This document shows positions 28,512 through 40,515 of a stretch of 64,000 nt of DNA, in pieces. This stretch comes from Pseudomonadota bacterium (GTDB taxonomy: Bacteria > Pseudomonadota > Alphaproteobacteria > Acetobacterales > Acetobacteraceae): NCBI GenBank assembly GCA_018240405.1, contig JAFEFW010000636.1, forward strand, positions 7,788 through 71,787, given 5' to 3'. The stretch's first letter is position 1, and the number at the start of each line of letters is the position of its first letter. Under the pieces are notes generated by a model. The model worked only from the letters and a program-made list of their open reading frames with translations, did no database searches and was not told the DNA's origin. Made by a program: the position numbers and the translations under genes.

Positions 28512-29726
28512 CTACCTGTCGATCTCGCCGAACACGACATCCAGCGATCCGACGATCGCCGACACGTCGGCTAGCATGTGACGCTTACACAGAAGGTCCG
28601 TCGCCTGCAGGAAGGCAAAGCCGGTCGAGCGGATCTTGCAGCGGTATGGCCGGTTGGTGCCATCCGCGACGAGATAGACGCCGAACTCACCCTTCGGCGA
28701 CTCCACCGTGGTATAGGTGGCGCCGGCGGGTACATGGTAACCCTCGGTGTACAGCTTGAAGTGATGGATCAACGCTTCCATCGAGCGCTTCATTTCGCCG
28801 CGCGTCGGGGGCGTGAACTTACGGTCCTGCACCTTCACAGGTCCCGGCTTCATCTTAGCCAGGCACTGGCGGATGATCTTCACGCTCTCCCGCATTTCGT
28901 TCAGGCGGACGAGGTAGCGGTCATAGCAGTCGCCGTTCCGGCCGACGGGAATCTGGAACTCTACTTCGGCGTACTTGTCGTATGGCTGGGTCCGGCGCAG
29001 GTCCCACGGCACGCCGGATGCCCGCAGCGGCGGACCGCTGAAGCCCCAGGCCAACGCATCCTCGGGCGAAATGATGCCGATATCGACCGTACGCTGCTTC
29101 CAGATACGGTTGGCGGTCAGCAGTTCTTCCAGATCGTCACAGAATTTCGGGAACGTTTCGGTCCACGCCGCGATGCGCTCGGTAAGCCCAACCGGCAGGT
29201 CCTTCGCCACACCGCCCGGGCGGAAATAGTTGGCATGCAGCCGAGCACCGGACGCCGCGTCATAAAACTCCATCAGCTTCTCACGCTCCTCGAACCCCCA
29301 CAGGCTCGGCGTGATCGCCCCGACGTCCAGCGCGTAGGTCGTCAGGTTCAGCAGATGGTTCAGCACGCGCGTGATCTCGTGGTACATCACGCGAATCCAT
29401 TGCCCGCGCTCCGGCGCCTGGATCCCCAGCAGCTTTTCCACCGCCAGGCAGTACGCATGCTCCTGCGTCATCGGCGAGGTGTAGTCGAGCCGGTCGAAAT
29501 ACGGCACGCTTTGGGTATAGGTGCGGTATTCCATCAGCTTCTCGGTGCCACGATGTAGCAGCCCGATATGCGGATCGGCGCGCTCCACCACCTCTCCGTC
29601 CAGCTCCAGGATCAGGCGCAACACACCGTGCGCGGAGGGATGCTGAGGCCCGAAATTGATCGCGTGGCTGTCGATCTCGACGATCTTGCTGGACGGCTTC
29701 TGGTCCAGATTGACGGCATCGTTCAT
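28512..29726 (-). CDS. nuoD: NADH-quinone oxidoreductase subunit D
   Basis: [33 protein letters not shown] end. Confidence 0.98.
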   Translation of the reverse strand: MNDAVNLDQKPSSKIVEIDSHAINFGPQHPSAHGVLRLILELDGEVVERADPHIGLLHRGTEKLMEYRTYTQSVPYFDRLDYTSPMTQEHAYCLAVEKLLGIQAPERGQWIRVMYHEITRVLNHLLNLTTYALDVGAITPSLWGFEEREKLMEFYDAASGARLHANYFRPGGVAKDLPVGLTERIAAWTETFPKFCDDLEELLTANRIWKQRTVDIGIISPEDALAWGFSGPPLRASGVPWDLRRTQPYDKYAEVEFQIPVGRNGDCYDRYLVRLNEMRESVKIIRQCLAKMKPGPVKVQDRKFTPPTRGEMKRSMEALIHHFKLYTEGYHVPAGATYTTVESPKGEFGVYLVADGTNRPYRCKIRSTGFAFLQATDLLCKRHMLADVSAIVGSLDVVFGEIDR

Positions 29727-29729
29727 CGC

Positions 29730-30422
29730 TCAGCCTCCCTTGACCTCAGGAGAGCCCGTCACCGGCGGCCGCTTCTCCTCGGCCCGCTCAACAAACACCT
29801 TCTCATCGCCCGGCAGTGTGGTCATGCCTTCCCAGGGCGAGAGGAAGTCGAACTGGCGCCAGTCCTGGGTCAGCCGCACCGGCTCATACACAACGGCCTT
29901 GCGTTCCTCGTCGTAGCGGCACTCGACATAGCCGGTAAGCGGGAAATCCTTGCGCATCGGATGCCCCTCAAACCCGTAGTCGGTCAGGATGCGGCGCAGG
30001 TCCGGCTGTCCGGTGAAGACGATGCCGAACAGGTCCCACGCCTCACGCTCCCACCACGTCGCCGACGGCCAGATGGTGCGCACGGACGGTACTGTATCGT
30101 TGACACCGACCGGCACCAGCAGGCGAATGCGCTGATTCCGGGACACCGACAGCAGGTTATAGACGACCTCGAAACGGGTTTCGCGCTCCGGCCAATCAAC
30201 GCCGCACAGATCCATCATGGCTTCGAAGGCAAAACGCGGATCATCCCGGAGCGTCTGCGCCACCGATGGCAGCGCGTTGCGATCAACCTGGGCAATCAGT
30301 TCATCGAGCTGAATGGTCCAGCCCGTCACGCCTTGAATGGTGGCGACGGCCTGGCCCAGCAGTTCCAGCCTGGTCGGTGGCGGCGGCGGGGCTTCCGCCG
30401 CGGGAGCGGTTTCCTCAGCCAC
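29730..30422 (-). CDS. nuoC: NADH-quinone oxidoreductase subunit C
   Basis: GTG start at 30422 overlapping the nuoB end; [28 protein letters not shown]. Confidence 0.95.
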   Translation of the reverse strand: MAEETAPAAEAPPPPPTRLELLGQAVATIQGVTGWTIQLDELIAQVDRNALPSVAQTLRDDPRFAFEAMMDLCGVDWPERETRFEVVYNLLSVSRNQRIRLLVPVGVNDTVPSVRTIWPSATWWEREAWDLFGIVFTGQPDLRRILTDYGFEGHPMRKDFPLTGYVECRYDEERKAVVYEPVRLTQDWRQFDFLSPWEGMTTLPGDEKVFVERAEEKRPPVTGSPEVKGG

Positions 30423-30969
30423 GCAGGATCGTCCCCGTGCGCCGAATCTTCTTCTGCAACTGCATGATTCCGTACACCAGCGCCTCGGCTGTCGGCGGAC
30501 AGCCCGGCACGTAGACATCCACCGGCACGATGCGGTCACAGCCCCGCACCACCGAATAGGAGTAGTGATAATAGCCGCCGCCGTTGGCGCAGCTTCCCAT
30601 GCTGATGACCCAGCGCGGCTCCGGCATCTGGTCGTAAACGCGGCGGAGCGCAGGGGCCATCTTGTTGGTGAGCGTACCGGCAACGATCATGACATCGCTC
30701 TGCCGAGGCGAGGCACGCGGGATAATGCCGAACCGGTCGAGGTCGTAGCGCGGCATGTACGCGTGGATCATCTCAATGGCGCAGCACGCAAGACCGAAGG
30801 TCATCGGCCACAGGCTGCCAGTGCGCGCCCAGTTCACCACCTTGTCGAGATTCGCAACCAGGAAGCCCTTATCGGCCATCTCACCGGTGATGCCCTTGAT
30901 CACGGCATCCTGCTCCGGTCCGGGCGGCAGCGCCTGGCGGTTCCAGGCAACAGCGGTCGAGTCGTTCAT
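30415..30969 (-). CDS. nuoB: NADH-quinone oxidoreductase subunit B
   Basis: Start MNDSTAV at 30969; [25 protein letters not shown]. Confidence 0.96.
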   Translation of the reverse strand: MNDSTAVAWNRQALPPGPEQDAVIKGITGEMADKGFLVANLDKVVNWARTGSLWPMTFGLACCAIEMIHAYMPRYDLDRFGIIPRASPRQSDVMIVAGTLTNKMAPALRRVYDQMPEPRWVISMGSCANGGGYYHYSYSVVRGCDRIVPVDVYVPGCPPTAEALVYGIMQLQKKIRRTGTILRG

Positions 30970-30973
30970 GCGG

Positions 30974-31339
30974 CTACTCCCACTCCAGCGCGCCTTTGCA
31001 CCACTCGTAGATGAAGCCAACCGTCAGGACAGCGAGGAAGGCCATCATCGACCAGAAGCCAAAGACGCCGATCTTTCCCAGGGCCACGGCCCATGGAAAC
31101 AGAAACGCCACTTCGAGGTCGAAGATGATGAACAAAATGGCAACGAGATAGTACCGGACATCGAATCGGCGCCGCGCGTCGTCGAACGGCTCAAAGCCGC
31201 ACTCATACGGCGTCAGCTTTTCCTGATACGGCTTTTGTCGGGCTACGAGGATCGAACCGCCCACCATCGCGAGCGCAATACCCCCCGCAATCACCAGGAA
31301 TACGAGGATCGGCAGATAGCCGAACAGGACAGGCTGCAT
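30974..31339 (-). CDS. nuoA: NADH-quinone oxidoreductase subunit A
   Basis: [29 protein letters not shown] end. Confidence 0.97.
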   Translation of the reverse strand: MQPVLFGYLPILVFLVIAGGIALAMVGGSILVARQKPYQEKLTPYECGFEPFDDARRRFDVRYYLVAILFIIFDLEVAFLFPWAVALGKIGVFGFWSMMAFLAVLTVGFIYEWCKGALEWE

Positions 31340-31549
31340 GACCGTGACACCGTTGTCTTCATGGGTTGACCGCAGCGCATACGCGGCCGAACGCCATCAG
31401 GCGCCACCGCGTCCCCAACCCTGCGTGCAACGGCGCGGACCATAGACCCATCCGATTGCGAGGGCCATAGCCCCGCGGCGAAAAAGCGTCGAAATTTCGG
31501 AAGCCGATATTCCGAGTTGCCAACTAAGGATTTTAGGGAAATGCGCTGC

Positions 31550-31626
<77 letters not shown>

Positions 31627-31641
31627 AGCAGCGAGGCGCAG

Positions 31642-31670
31642 CGTCTACGCCGGGCTGGATGGCACGTCAA
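31642..31670 (-). promoter_or_regulatory. Sigma70-type promoter of tRNA-Asp
   Basis: TTGACG-N17-TAGACG, ending 15 nt before the tRNA 5' end. Confidence 0.5.
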
Positions 31671-31830
31671 GCAGCAAACCGACGGTTCTTGAGGTCGCAC
31701 GGCGATGTTCGCTCGCTGCCCGCACTGGCCCGGCCAGCTGCAGGCTATTCGGGTCCGGCGCAGGTTCATGGCAGACATCATGGACAGCCGGGCAGCCGAT
31801 CAGCGGCCGGCGCGCCCGGCCTCATTCCGA

Positions 31831-33070
31831 TCAAGCCGCCGCGGCAGGAAAGACCCGCCGGGTGAACCGCCCCATCGTCAGTCCCTGCACCAGGATGGTA
31901 GCAAGCACGACGACATAGCAGACCAGCAGAATTGTGCTGCGCTCCGGGCTGTCGGGCAGGCTCAGCGCCAGCGCGACTGAGATACCGCCGCGCACGCCAC
32001 CCCACACCAGCACGGCGAAGCCACGCCATACCTGCGCCCGGTGCCGGTGCAGCAACAGCGTTGGCACCAGCACGCTCGCCGCGCGCACCGCCAAGGCCAG
32101 CGGCACGGCAACCACCCCCGCCAGCAGCACCGGCCATTGCACGTGCACGCTGAGGATCTCGAATCCAAGCACGAGGAGCAGCAATGCATTGAGGACTTCG
32201 TCGATAACAGACCAGAACAGAGTCAGGTTCTGTCGGGTACGGTCGCTCATGGCCTCCTGCAGCGCCTGGTGGCCGAGGATCAGGCCGGCAATGACGACAG
32301 CAATCACCCCGGACGCGCCAAGTGCCGTTGCCAGGCTGTAGGCACCGTTGGCGAGCGCCAGGCCCCCATGATCTCCAGCGGATAATCGTCAATCAGCTGC
32401 AAGAACCTGTAGGCAATCCAGCCCGTGATCAGGCCGATCACCGCATTTCCCGCACGAAGCCGACGCCCATGTGCGGCCAGGATATGTCCCCGCCCCCGGC
32501 GATTCCCACCGACGCGGTAAGGGTGACCACAGCCGCGCCATCGTTGAACAGGCTTTCGCCGGTCATGACGGCCTGCAACGACGTCGGCAGGCCGACACGC
32601 GCCAGAACGGCAGAAACCGCGACAGGGTCAGTCGGCGCGAGCACGGCGCCCAGTACCAGGCACCAACCAACCGACAAAGGCGTGTTGACGAGATGGAAGA
32701 TCACCCACATGCCGCCGGCAAACAGGCCGGTTGCAACCAGCGTGCTGATCGTTGCCAACAGGAAGACGGTGATCTGGCGCTGCCACAGCGCCTCGGCATC
32801 GGCCTGCAGGGCGCCGGCGAACAGCAGGAAGCACAATGGGCCATGGAACAATGCTGCGGGAAGCTGCTGCGTCTGTAGGATGTATGTTGACCAGGACTGC
32901 AGGGTCAGCGCCGTCGGCGCCAGCCAGTCGACGATGATCACCACCAGTGACGCGGCAAGCGCCACGACCATCAGGCCGATGGCGCGCGGCAGCCTAAGAA
33001 ATCGGTCGCTGAGGAGGCCAAAAAGCGATGCGAGGAACAGCAGGACGGCGGCGCTGTAGAGCGTGGGCAT
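31831..33070 (-). pseudogene. Na+/H+ antiporter (CPA1/NhaP type) with two frameshifts
   Basis: N-part 32438-33070 (LAPTDPVAV, GESLFNDG); middle frame NAVIGLITGWIAYRFLQLIDDYPLEIM (about 32370-32450); third frame LALANGAYSLA...VWGGVRGGISVALALSLP...LVQGLT. Three different frames. Confidence 0.8.
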
Positions 33071-33172
33071 TCGCCCCAGGTCGGGCACCGTAAGCCGTGA
33101 TCCAAAGCGCGGACGCGTGATACGGATCGGTAAAGCCGACGTCACCGTAAACGTACCAGAACGCCATCTTTA

Positions 33173-33247
33173 TGGTGGGCGGTGACGGATTCGAACCGCC
33201 GACCCTCTCGGTGTAAACGAGACGCTCTACCGCTGAGCTAACCGCCC
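33173..33247 (-). tRNA. tRNA-Val (TAC)
   Basis: GGGCGGTTAGCTCAGCGGTAGAGCGTCTCGTTTACACCGAGAGGGTCGGCGGTTCGAATCCGTCACCGCCCACCA, 75 nt. Confidence 0.97.
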
Positions 33248-33343
33248 GTCTGACGGCGGGACCATGAACCGGGACCGCGCCGGATGCCAGCGGCAATTCT
33301 GCGCGCCCGGCCCGCCCTTGCGGCAGGCCGGGCGCCGACAGAG

Positions 33344-33619
33344 TTAGCCTCCGACCGAGTCCTTCAGGCCCTTACCGGGCTTGAAACGGACCGTGGTGGA
33401 CTCCGGAATAGCCATTTCCTCACCAGTGCGCGGATTGCGGCCGGTGCTGGCCTTACGAACGGTTGAGGCGAACGTGCCAAATCCGACCAGGCGAACTTCT
33501 TCCTTCTTCTTCAGGGCCTCGGTAATCGCATTGAAGACGGCGTCCACGACCTCACCGGCCTTGATCCGCGAAAGCTCAGTTTCTTCAGCGACGGCTGCGA
33601 TCAGATCCATCTTGTTCAC
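33344..33619 (-). CDS. hupB: DNA-binding protein HU
   Basis: MNKMDLIAAVA, VRLVGFGTF, GRNPRTGEE, FKPGKGLKD; GTG start with GAGAGG RBS. Confidence 0.96.
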   Translation of the reverse strand: MNKMDLIAAVAEETELSRIKAGEVVDAVFNAITEALKKKEEVRLVGFGTFASTVRKASTGRNPRTGEEMAIPESTTVRFKPGKGLKDSVGG

Positions 33620-33687
33620 AGCGTTTCCCTCTCATGTCCAAAGTCACGAATCCAAGCCGGGAGGCGAGCCCCCCTGAAAGCCGGCGG

Positions 33688-33717
33688 ACACTACTGGCCG
33701 GGTTTCCACCCCGTCAA
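33688..33717 (-). promoter_or_regulatory. Possible sigma70-type promoter of hupB
   Basis: TTGACG-N18-TAGTGT on the minus strand upstream of hupB. Confidence 0.35.
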
Positions 33718-33804
33718 TGGCAGAAATCCAGGTAAATCCGGTAAAAACGGCCCTTCGGAAGGTCCGAAGGGCCGTCATGAACGTCTCGCATGAAGTACGA
33801 TAGG

Positions 33805-33830
33805 ATTGATGGGGGTCAAACCCCATCAAT
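33805..33830. terminator. Perfect 10-bp hairpin just after the lon stop (terminator or stabilizer)
   Basis: ATTGATGGGG-GTCAAA-CCCCATCAAT, 13 nt past the lon stop; no clear U-tract. Confidence 0.4.
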
Positions 33831-33843
33831 GTTATAGGCGGAC

Positions 33844-36285
33844 TCAGTGCGGCAGCGATGCCCCCGCTGTCCCACCCGCGGCGACCGGCAGAGGCGCCTC
33901 CGGCGGCTCCTCCCACTCGATTGCTTCCGGCTTGCGCACGAGTGCCTGAGCGATCACCTCGTCAACGTCGGACACCGGAATCAGCTTGAGGTTCTTCTTC
34001 ACGTTGTCCGGGATCTCAGCAAGATCCTTTTCGTTCTCCTTCGGGATGAACACCGTGGTGATGCCCGCCCGCAGGGCCGCCAGCAGCTTCTCCTTCAGGC
34101 CGCCGATCGGTAGCACCCGGCCGCGCAACGTGATCTCGCCGGTCATCGCCACGTCACGCCGCACCGGAATACCGGTTAGCACCGAGACGATGGAGGTGGC
34201 CATGGCGATACCGGCGGACGGACCGTCCTTCGGCGTCGCGCCTTCCGGCACGTGCACGTGGATGTCCCGCTTGTCGAACAGCGTCGGCTTGATGCCGAAC
34301 TTGATCGAGCGGCTGCGGACATAGGACAGCGCCGCGGAGACGCTCTCCTGCATCACGTCACCGAGCTTGCCGGTCTGCTTCACCGCGCCCTTACCGGGCA
34401 ACATCACCGACTCGATGGTCAGGATCTCACCACCCACCTCGGTCCAGGCCAGCCCGGTGACCACGCCCACCATGTCCTCGGCTTCCGTCTCGCCGAAGCG
34501 GAACTTCTTCACCCCAGCGTACTTCTCGAGGTTCTTCCGGGTGATCGCGACCTTGGCGGTCTTCTTCATGACGATCTCCTTCACCGCCTTGCGGGCGAGG
34601 TTGGCGATCTCACGCTCCAGGTTACGGACGCCGGCTTCACGGGTGTAGTAGCGGATCAGGTCACGCATGGCGTCTTCGCTGATCGACCACTCGTCCTTCT
34701 TCAATCCATGCGCTTCCGACTGCTTGCCGATTAGGTGGCGCTTGGAAATCTCCACCTTCTCATCCTCGGTGTAGCCGGGGATGCGGATGATCTCCATGCG
34801 ATCCATCAGCGGCTGCGGCATACGCAGGCTGTTGGCGGTGGTGACGAACATCACGTCGGACAGGTCGTAGTCGACCTCCAGGTAATGGTCGTTGAACGTG
34901 CTGTTCTGCTCCGGATCCAGCACCTCCAGCAGCGCCGACGACGGATCGCCGCGCCAGTCGGCGCCCAGCTTGTCGATCTCATCCAACAGGAACAGCGGGT
35001 TAGACGTCTTGGCCTTCTTCATACCCTGGATGACCTTGCCCGGCATCGAGCCGATATAGGTCCGCCGGTGGCCGCGGATCTCAGCCTCATCCCGCACGCC
35101 ACCCAGGGACATGCGAACGAAGCTGCGGCCCGTCGCCTTGGCAATGGACTTGCCCAGGGACGTCTTGCCGACGCCGGGCGGGCCGACGAGGCACAGGATC
35201 GGACCGCGCACCTTCGGTGAGCGTGCCTGCACCGCCAGGTACTCGATGATCCGCTCCTTGACCTTATCGAGACCGTAATGGTCGGCTTCCAGCACCTTCT
35301 CCGCTTCAATCACGTCGTTGCGGATCTTGCTGCGCTTTTTCCACGGAATGGACAGCATCCAGTCCAGATAGTTGCGCACGACCGTCGCTTCGGCGCTCAT
35401 CGGGCTCATGGTGCGCAGCTTTTTCAGCTCCGCCAGGGCCTTCTCGCGGGCTTCCTTGCTGAACTTGGTCTTCTTGATGCGCGCTTCGAGTTCGGCGTTT
35501 TCATCCTTGCCGTCCTCGCCCTCGCCCAGCTCTTTCTGGATCGCCTTGAGCTGTTCGTTCAGGTAGTACTCGCGCTGGGTCTTCTCCATCTGCCGCTTGA
35601 CGCGGTTGCGGATGCGCTTCTCGACCTGCAAGACGCCGATTTCGGACTCCATGTGGCCGAACACGCGCTCCAGACGCTCGCTGATACGCGCGATCTCCAG
35701 CAGCTCCTGCTTTTCCGGGATCTTCAGGTTCAGGTGGCTGGCAACCGTATCGGCGAGCTTCGAAGGCTCCTCGATCTGGTTCAGCGACACCAGCACCTCG
35801 GGCGCGATCTTCTTGTTCAGCTTGATATATTGCTCGAACTGGCTGACCACGGTGCGGCCGAGCGCTTCGAGGTCCTTTTTGTCACCCTCGACGTCAGGCA
35901 TCGAGGTGGTGACCGATTCGAAGTAGGACTCGGTCTCACGGAAGCTGGCGATCTTGGCCCGCCTACCGCCTTCGACCAGCACCTTCACCGTGCCGTCCGG
36001 TAGCTTCAGGAGCTGCAGGATCGTCGAGACAGTGCCGATGCGGTAGATGTCGTCGACCGACGGGTCGTCCTGCGAAGCGTTTTTCTGCGCGACCAGCAGG
36101 ATCTGCTTGTCGTCCTTCATCACCGCTTCCAGCGCCCGCACCGACTTTTCCCGCCCGACGAACAGCGGAACAATCATGTGCGGAAATACGACAATGTCGC
36201 GGAGCGGCAGCACCGGCATCACATCGCCCGAGGCAGAGCCCCCCGAAGCAGGACCCTCTGGAGCCGGCTTGTTCTGTTCCGTCAT
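33844..36285 (-). CDS. lon: ATP-dependent protease La
   Basis: GPPGVGKTS Walker A, LLDEIDK, DGPSAG catalytic Ser; AAGGAGG RBS. Confidence 0.99.
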   Translation of the reverse strand: MTEQNKPAPEGPASGGSASGDVMPVLPLRDIVVFPHMIVPLFVGREKSVRALEAVMKDDKQILLVAQKNASQDDPSVDDIYRIGTVSTILQLLKLPDGTVKVLVEGGRRAKIASFRETESYFESVTTSMPDVEGDKKDLEALGRTVVSQFEQYIKLNKKIAPEVLVSLNQIEEPSKLADTVASHLNLKIPEKQELLEIARISERLERVFGHMESEIGVLQVEKRIRNRVKRQMEKTQREYYLNEQLKAIQKELGEGEDGKDENAELEARIKKTKFSKEAREKALAELKKLRTMSPMSAEATVVRNYLDWMLSIPWKKRSKIRNDVIEAEKVLEADHYGLDKVKERIIEYLAVQARSPKVRGPILCLVGPPGVGKTSLGKSIAKATGRSFVRMSLGGVRDEAEIRGHRRTYIGSMPGKVIQGMKKAKTSNPLFLLDEIDKLGADWRGDPSSALLEVLDPEQNSTFNDHYLEVDYDLSDVMFVTTANSLRMPQPLMDRMEIIRIPGYTEDEKVEISKRHLIGKQSEAHGLKKDEWSISEDAMRDLIRYYTREAGVRNLEREIANLARKAVKEIVMKKTAKVAITRKNLEKYAGVKKFRFGETEAEDMVGVVTGLAWTEVGGEILTIESVMLPGKGAVKQTGKLGDVMQESVSAALSYVRSRSIKFGIKPTLFDKRDIHVHVPEGATPKDGPSAGIAMATSIVSVLTGIPVRRDVAMTGEITLRGRVLPIGGLKEKLLAALRAGITTVFIPKENEKDLAEIPDNVKKNLKLIPVSDVDEVIAQALVRKPEAIEWEEPPEAPLPVAAGGTAGASLPH

Positions 36286-36377
36286 GTTAGTTGACCTCCT
36301 TATGGACAGTCAGCGCCGCCCGCCCACATGTGGCTCGGAAGACGCTTTTTCTGGGTCTGTCACACCCCGTTCGCCCC

Positions 36378-36406
36378 AATATGGCCAGCAAACGGTGTGC
36401 CACAAG
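36378..36406 (-). promoter_or_regulatory. RpoH (sigma32)-type promoter upstream of lon
   Basis: CTTG-N18-CCATATT on the minus strand, resembling the alphaproteobacterial RpoH consensus. Confidence 0.5.
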
Positions 36407-36471
36407 CCCTTGAACCCAGCGTTCGCGTCCTTACCGGCCGCTAGAAGGGCAAGACAGCAGCGCTTTCCGCC

Positions 36472-37725
36472 TTACGCGCTGCTCTCAGCCCGCTCTTTGC
36501 CGTACAGATAGAGCGGATTGGCCCTCGATTCCGCGACTTCGCGGTTGATAACCACCTCTTCCACACCGTCGAGTCCTGGCAGGTCAAACATGGTGGACAG
36601 CAGGATCTGTTCCATGATCGACCGCAAGCCACGTGCGCCGGTCTTGCGGGCGATAGCCCGCGTGGCGACCGACTTCAGCGCGTCGTCGGTAAAGGAGAGC
36701 TTCACGCCCTCCATCTCGAAGAGGCGGCCGTACTGCTTGACCAGCGCGTTCTTCGGCTTGGTCAGGATCTCCATCAGAGCGCTCTCGTCCAAGTCCTCCA
36801 GCGTCGCGACCACCGGCAGGCGGCCGATGAACTCGGGGATCAGGCCGAATTTCAGCAGATCCTCGGGCTCGACCTCGCGCAGGATCGCTCCCATGCGCCG
36901 TTCGTCAGGGCTGCGCACTTCGGCACCATAACCGATGCCCGACCCCTTGCCGCGGGCGCCGATGATCCGTTCCAGGCCTGAGAAGGCGCCGCCGCAGATG
37001 AACAAGATGTTGGTCGTGTCGACCTGCAGGAACTCCTGCTGTGGGTGCTTGCGGCCGCCCTGAGGCGGCACGGAGGCGATGGTTCCCTCCATGATCTTCA
37101 GCAGCGCCTGCTGTACACCTTCGCCGCTGACATCGCGGGTGATCGACGGGTTATCGGACTTGCGGCTGATCTTGTCGACCTCGTCGATATAGACGATGCC
37201 GCGCTGCGCCCGCTCCACGTTGTAGTCGGCCGACTGCAGCAGCTTGAGGATGATGTTCTCCACATCCTCGCCCACGTAGCCTGCCTCGGTCAGCGTGGTG
37301 GCGTCGGCCATGGTGAATGGGACATCGAGGATGCGGGCCAGCGTCTGGGCCAGCAGGGTCTTGCCCGAACCTGTGGGGCCGACCAACAGGATGTTGGACT
37401 TGGCGATCTCGACGTCATTGTTCTTCTGGCCGTGCGCCAGGCGCTTGTAGTGGTTGTGCACCGCGACCGACAGGACCTTCTTCGCGTGATCCTGGCCGAT
37501 GACATAGTCGTCCAGGACCTTGCAGATCTCCCGCGGGGTGGGCACCCCATCGCGGGACTTCACCAGATGGGTCTTGTGCTCCTCACGGATGATATCCATG
37601 CAGAGTTCGACACACTCGTCGCAGATGAAGACCGTCGGACCGGCGATAAGCTTACGAACCTCGTGCTGCGATTTGCCGCAGAACGAACAGTACAAAGTGT
37701 TCTTTGAATCGCCGGACTTGCTCAT
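36472..37725 (-). CDS. clpX: ATP-dependent Clp protease ATP-binding subunit ClpX
   Basis: Start [18 protein letters not shown]; zinc finger, [22 protein letters not shown]. Confidence 0.99.
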   Translation of the reverse strand: MSKSGDSKNTLYCSFCGKSQHEVRKLIAGPTVFICDECVELCMDIIREEHKTHLVKSRDGVPTPREICKVLDDYVIGQDHAKKVLSVAVHNHYKRLAHGQKNNDVEIAKSNILLVGPTGSGKTLLAQTLARILDVPFTMADATTLTEAGYVGEDVENIILKLLQSADYNVERAQRGIVYIDEVDKISRKSDNPSITRDVSGEGVQQALLKIMEGTIASVPPQGGRKHPQQEFLQVDTTNILFICGGAFSGLERIIGARGKGSGIGYGAEVRSPDERRMGAILREVEPEDLLKFGLIPEFIGRLPVVATLEDLDESALMEILTKPKNALVKQYGRLFEMEGVKLSFTDDALKSVATRAIARKTGARGLRSIMEQILLSTMFDLPGLDGVEEVVINREVAESRANPLYLYGKERAESSA

Positions 37726-37942
37726 GCGCACTCCTCCCCCGGACACAGGGGCACAATTCGGGATGATAACTCCCTAACCACGGCTGGGACAAGAACCGCA
37801 ACGCGGCCGTCCCATGTTTGCCGCAAATGATACGGCTCATGCCGGCCCGTGGACCAGAATGAAATGCCGCCGCCAGGGTTGCTGCGCGTAAACGGCTACG
37901 AGCGTGGCCGAGCCGCAACCCCGGCGGGTAAGACCGATTCGC

Positions 37943-38590
37943 CTAGGACTTCGACGATTCCTCGCTTGCTGAGGGTGGACGCGCCTCGACAACCTCGTCG
38001 ACGAGGCCGAAGTCGCGGCTTTCCTCGGCCGACATGTAGGTATCGCGCTCCAGCTTCCGCTCGATGGCCTCGATAGGCTGGCCCGTATGGCGGACATAAA
38101 TCTCATTCAACCGCTTGCGCAGCGTCAGGATTTCACGTGCCTGGATTTCGATGTCCGTTGCTTGTCCCTGAGCGCCGCCGGAGGGCTGGTGCACCATGAC
38201 GCGCGAATTCGGCAGCGCGAATCGCTTGCCCTTGGCGCCGGCGCACAGCAGCAGGCTGCCCATCGACGCGGCCTGGCCGATGCAAACGGTGCTGACCGGG
38301 CTGCGGATGTACTGCATCGTGTCATAGATCGCGAGACCGGAGGAGACCACACCGCCCGGGCTGTTGATGTAGAAGCTGATGTCCTTGTTCGGGTTTTCCG
38401 ACTCGAGAAACAGCAACTGCGCGCAGATCAAAGAGCTGACTTGGTCGAACACCGCGCCGGTCAGGAAGATGATCCGCTCCTTCAGCAAGCGGGAGTAGAT
38501 GTCGAAGGCACGCTCACCGCGGGCAGTCTGCTCGACCACCATCGGGACAAGGTTATTGGCATAAATCTCGACTGGGTCACGGTCCCGCAT
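37943..38590 (-). CDS. clpP: ATP-dependent Clp protease proteolytic subunit
   Basis: [32 protein letters not shown]. Confidence 0.98.
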   Translation of the reverse strand: MRDRDPVEIYANNLVPMVVEQTARGERAFDIYSRLLKERIIFLTGAVFDQVSSLICAQLLFLESENPNKDISFYINSPGGVVSSGLAIYDTMQYIRSPVSTVCIGQAASMGSLLLCAGAKGKRFALPNSRVMVHQPSGGAQGQATDIEIQAREILTLRKRLNEIYVRHTGQPIEAIERKLERDTYMSAEESRDFGLVDEVVEARPPSASEESSKS

Positions 38591-38984
38591 GGTCTTCACC
38601 TAGGTTGCAAAGGGTCGTTCGGACTGGCCCATCATAAGTAGGTGCGGCGCAGCGGAAAAACCAGACAAATGGCGAGGGCGGCGTGGGCCGCTGCAACTGA
38701 ACGCGAGCGCGGCCAAGGTGTCGCGGCGGCAGCGCCCGAGGGTGAGTATGCTTCATCCTCTCGGTTGATGGCGTGTGGACGAAGCAGTGTCCGGCTGCGG
38801 CCGTCGCCCGCCGGCCGTGCCGGAACGCCGCGACGCCGTGCCCCTTCCGGTAGCCCGGACGAGCCGGCCATGGCGGAGGCGGGACAGATCCCGCCACTCA
38901 GGTCAGCGACTAGCCGAAACCTAAGCTGGCGCGTGAGCCAGGTTCCAGCGCCGTCCAGCCGGCGCGGCTGCAAACAGAGCGGCC

Positions 38985-40361
38985 TCAGACCGGCGTGTCG
39001 TCCGACATCGTCTCGACCGCCTTCTCCAGATCCTCCGGCGAGACGACCTCATCGGTGATCGAGGCCAGTTCCAGCACGTAGTCGACCACCTTGTCCTCGA
39101 TCAGTGGCGCGCGGACGCTGTTGGTCAGCATCGGGTATTTCCGGAACATCTCGAGCATCTGCATTTCCTGGCCACGGAACTGCATCGCGCGCTGCCACAG
39201 CGCCCGGTCGAGCTCCTGCTCCGTGACGGTGATCGCATTGACCTGCGCAATCTCCGCAAGCAACAGGCCCAGCCGTACCCGCCGCTCCGCGATCGCGCGG
39301 TATTCGGCCTTCAACGTATCGTCGTCCTTGGCCTTATCGGCTTCATCCAGGGTACCGGATTCCTTGGCGCGCTCGATCTGCTGCCAGATCTGGTTGAATT
39401 CGTCCTCAACCATCATGCCGGGCACCGGGAAGTCGACCAGGCCCTGCAGCGCGTCCAACAGCAGCTTCTTCAGGCGGGTGCGCGCCAGACCGTCCAGATC
39501 CTGCTGCAGGCGGGCGTTGATCAGTTCACGCAGCTTATCGAGGCTTTCCGCCCCAACCTTCTTCGCCAGTTCGTCGTCATAGGGCGGGATCACCTGTCGG
39601 CTGATCTCCTTGACCGTGACGTCGAAGGTCGCCGCCTTGCCGCGGAGATTCTCGGCGCCGTAATCGTCGGGAAAGCTGACGTTGATCGTGCGCTGCTCAC
39701 CGGCCCTGGCGCCAACCAACCCTTCGGCAAAACCCGGGATGAAACCGGTGCCGCCAATTTCGACCTCGATGTCGTTGGCGGTGCCGCCCTCGAAGGCCTC
39801 ACCATCGATCTTGCCGACAAAATCGACCTTCAGCACGTCGCCGGCGGCGGCTCCTTCGCCTTCCGGACGCGCCGACAGCGCCTCGGCCGGGATCGGCTCC
39901 AGCGTGCGGTTGGCCTTGGCAATGCTTTCCAGCGCCTTGTCGGCGCGCTCCGCCGGCACGTCCGCCTTCAGGCGCGTAAGCTGGATCGTACTGAAATCCG
40001 GCAGGGTGATGGCGGGCAGCACCTCCATTTCCAGCGTGAACTCGACGTCGGTCCCCGGCGTGGTCGGGTCCTCATTCTTCAGGGTCAGCGTCGGCTGGCG
40101 TGCCGGGCGCAGGCCGCGCTCCGTCAGCACCGTGCGCGTGGCGTCCTGGACCGATTCCTCCACCACCTCGGCCGACACGGCCTTGCCGAAACGCTGCTTG
40201 ACGATAGCCGGCGGCACCTTACCGGGCCGGAACCCCGGCAACCGCAGGTCCTTGCCCAGAGACGCCAGGCGGTCCGCCCGCTTGGCGTCGAGGTTGGCGG
40301 CGGGAAGCACAACGGTAAACCCGCGCTTCAGCCCGTCGGAGAGGGTTTCGGTCACCTGCAT
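38985..40361 (-). CDS. tig: Trigger factor
   Basis: Start MQVTETL at 40361; GFRPGKVP signature; FKBP domain (VDFVG..DG..FEGG, FIPGF); AERRVRLGLLL. Confidence 0.96.
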   Translation of the reverse strand: MQVTETLSDGLKRGFTVVLPAANLDAKRADRLASLGKDLRLPGFRPGKVPPAIVKQRFGKAVSAEVVEESVQDATRTVLTERGLRPARQPTLTLKNEDPTTPGTDVEFTLEMEVLPAITLPDFSTIQLTRLKADVPAERADKALESIAKANRTLEPIPAEALSARPEGEGAAAGDVLKVDFVGKIDGEAFEGGTANDIEVEIGGTGFIPGFAEGLVGARAGEQRTINVSFPDDYGAENLRGKAATFDVTVKEISRQVIPPYDDELAKKVGAESLDKLRELINARLQQDLDGLARTRLKKLLLDALQGLVDFPVPGMMVEDEFNQIWQQIERAKESGTLDEADKAKDDDTLKAEYRAIAERRVRLGLLLAEIAQVNAITVTEQELDRALWQRAMQFRGQEMQMLEMFRKYPMLTNSVRAPLIEDKVVDYVLELASITDEVVSPEDLEKAVETMSDDTPV

Positions 40362-40430
40362 TGTCGGCCAATTCCTAACAGTCACATCCTTACAGAGACC
40401 GCCAGCCCGTGACGCAGGCCGACGGACCGG

Positions 40431-40515
40431 TGGTGCGGGCGAAGGGACTTGAACCCCCACGGCTTTCGCCACCAGAACCTAAATCTGGCGTGTCTACCAG
40501 TTTCACCACGCCCGC
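40431..40515 (-). tRNA. tRNA-Leu (TAG)
   Basis: GCGGGCGTGGTGAAACTGGTAGACACGCCAGATTTAGGTTCTGGTGGCGAAAGCCGTGGGGGTTCAAGTCCCTTCGCCCGCACCA, 85 nt with long variable arm. Confidence 0.97.

Noticed and set aside
31627-33172. tRNA-targeted integrative element with att sites at tRNA-Val, tRNA-Asp or tRNA-Leu
   Set aside because: No duplicated tRNA 3' end was seen by eye and there is no integrase.
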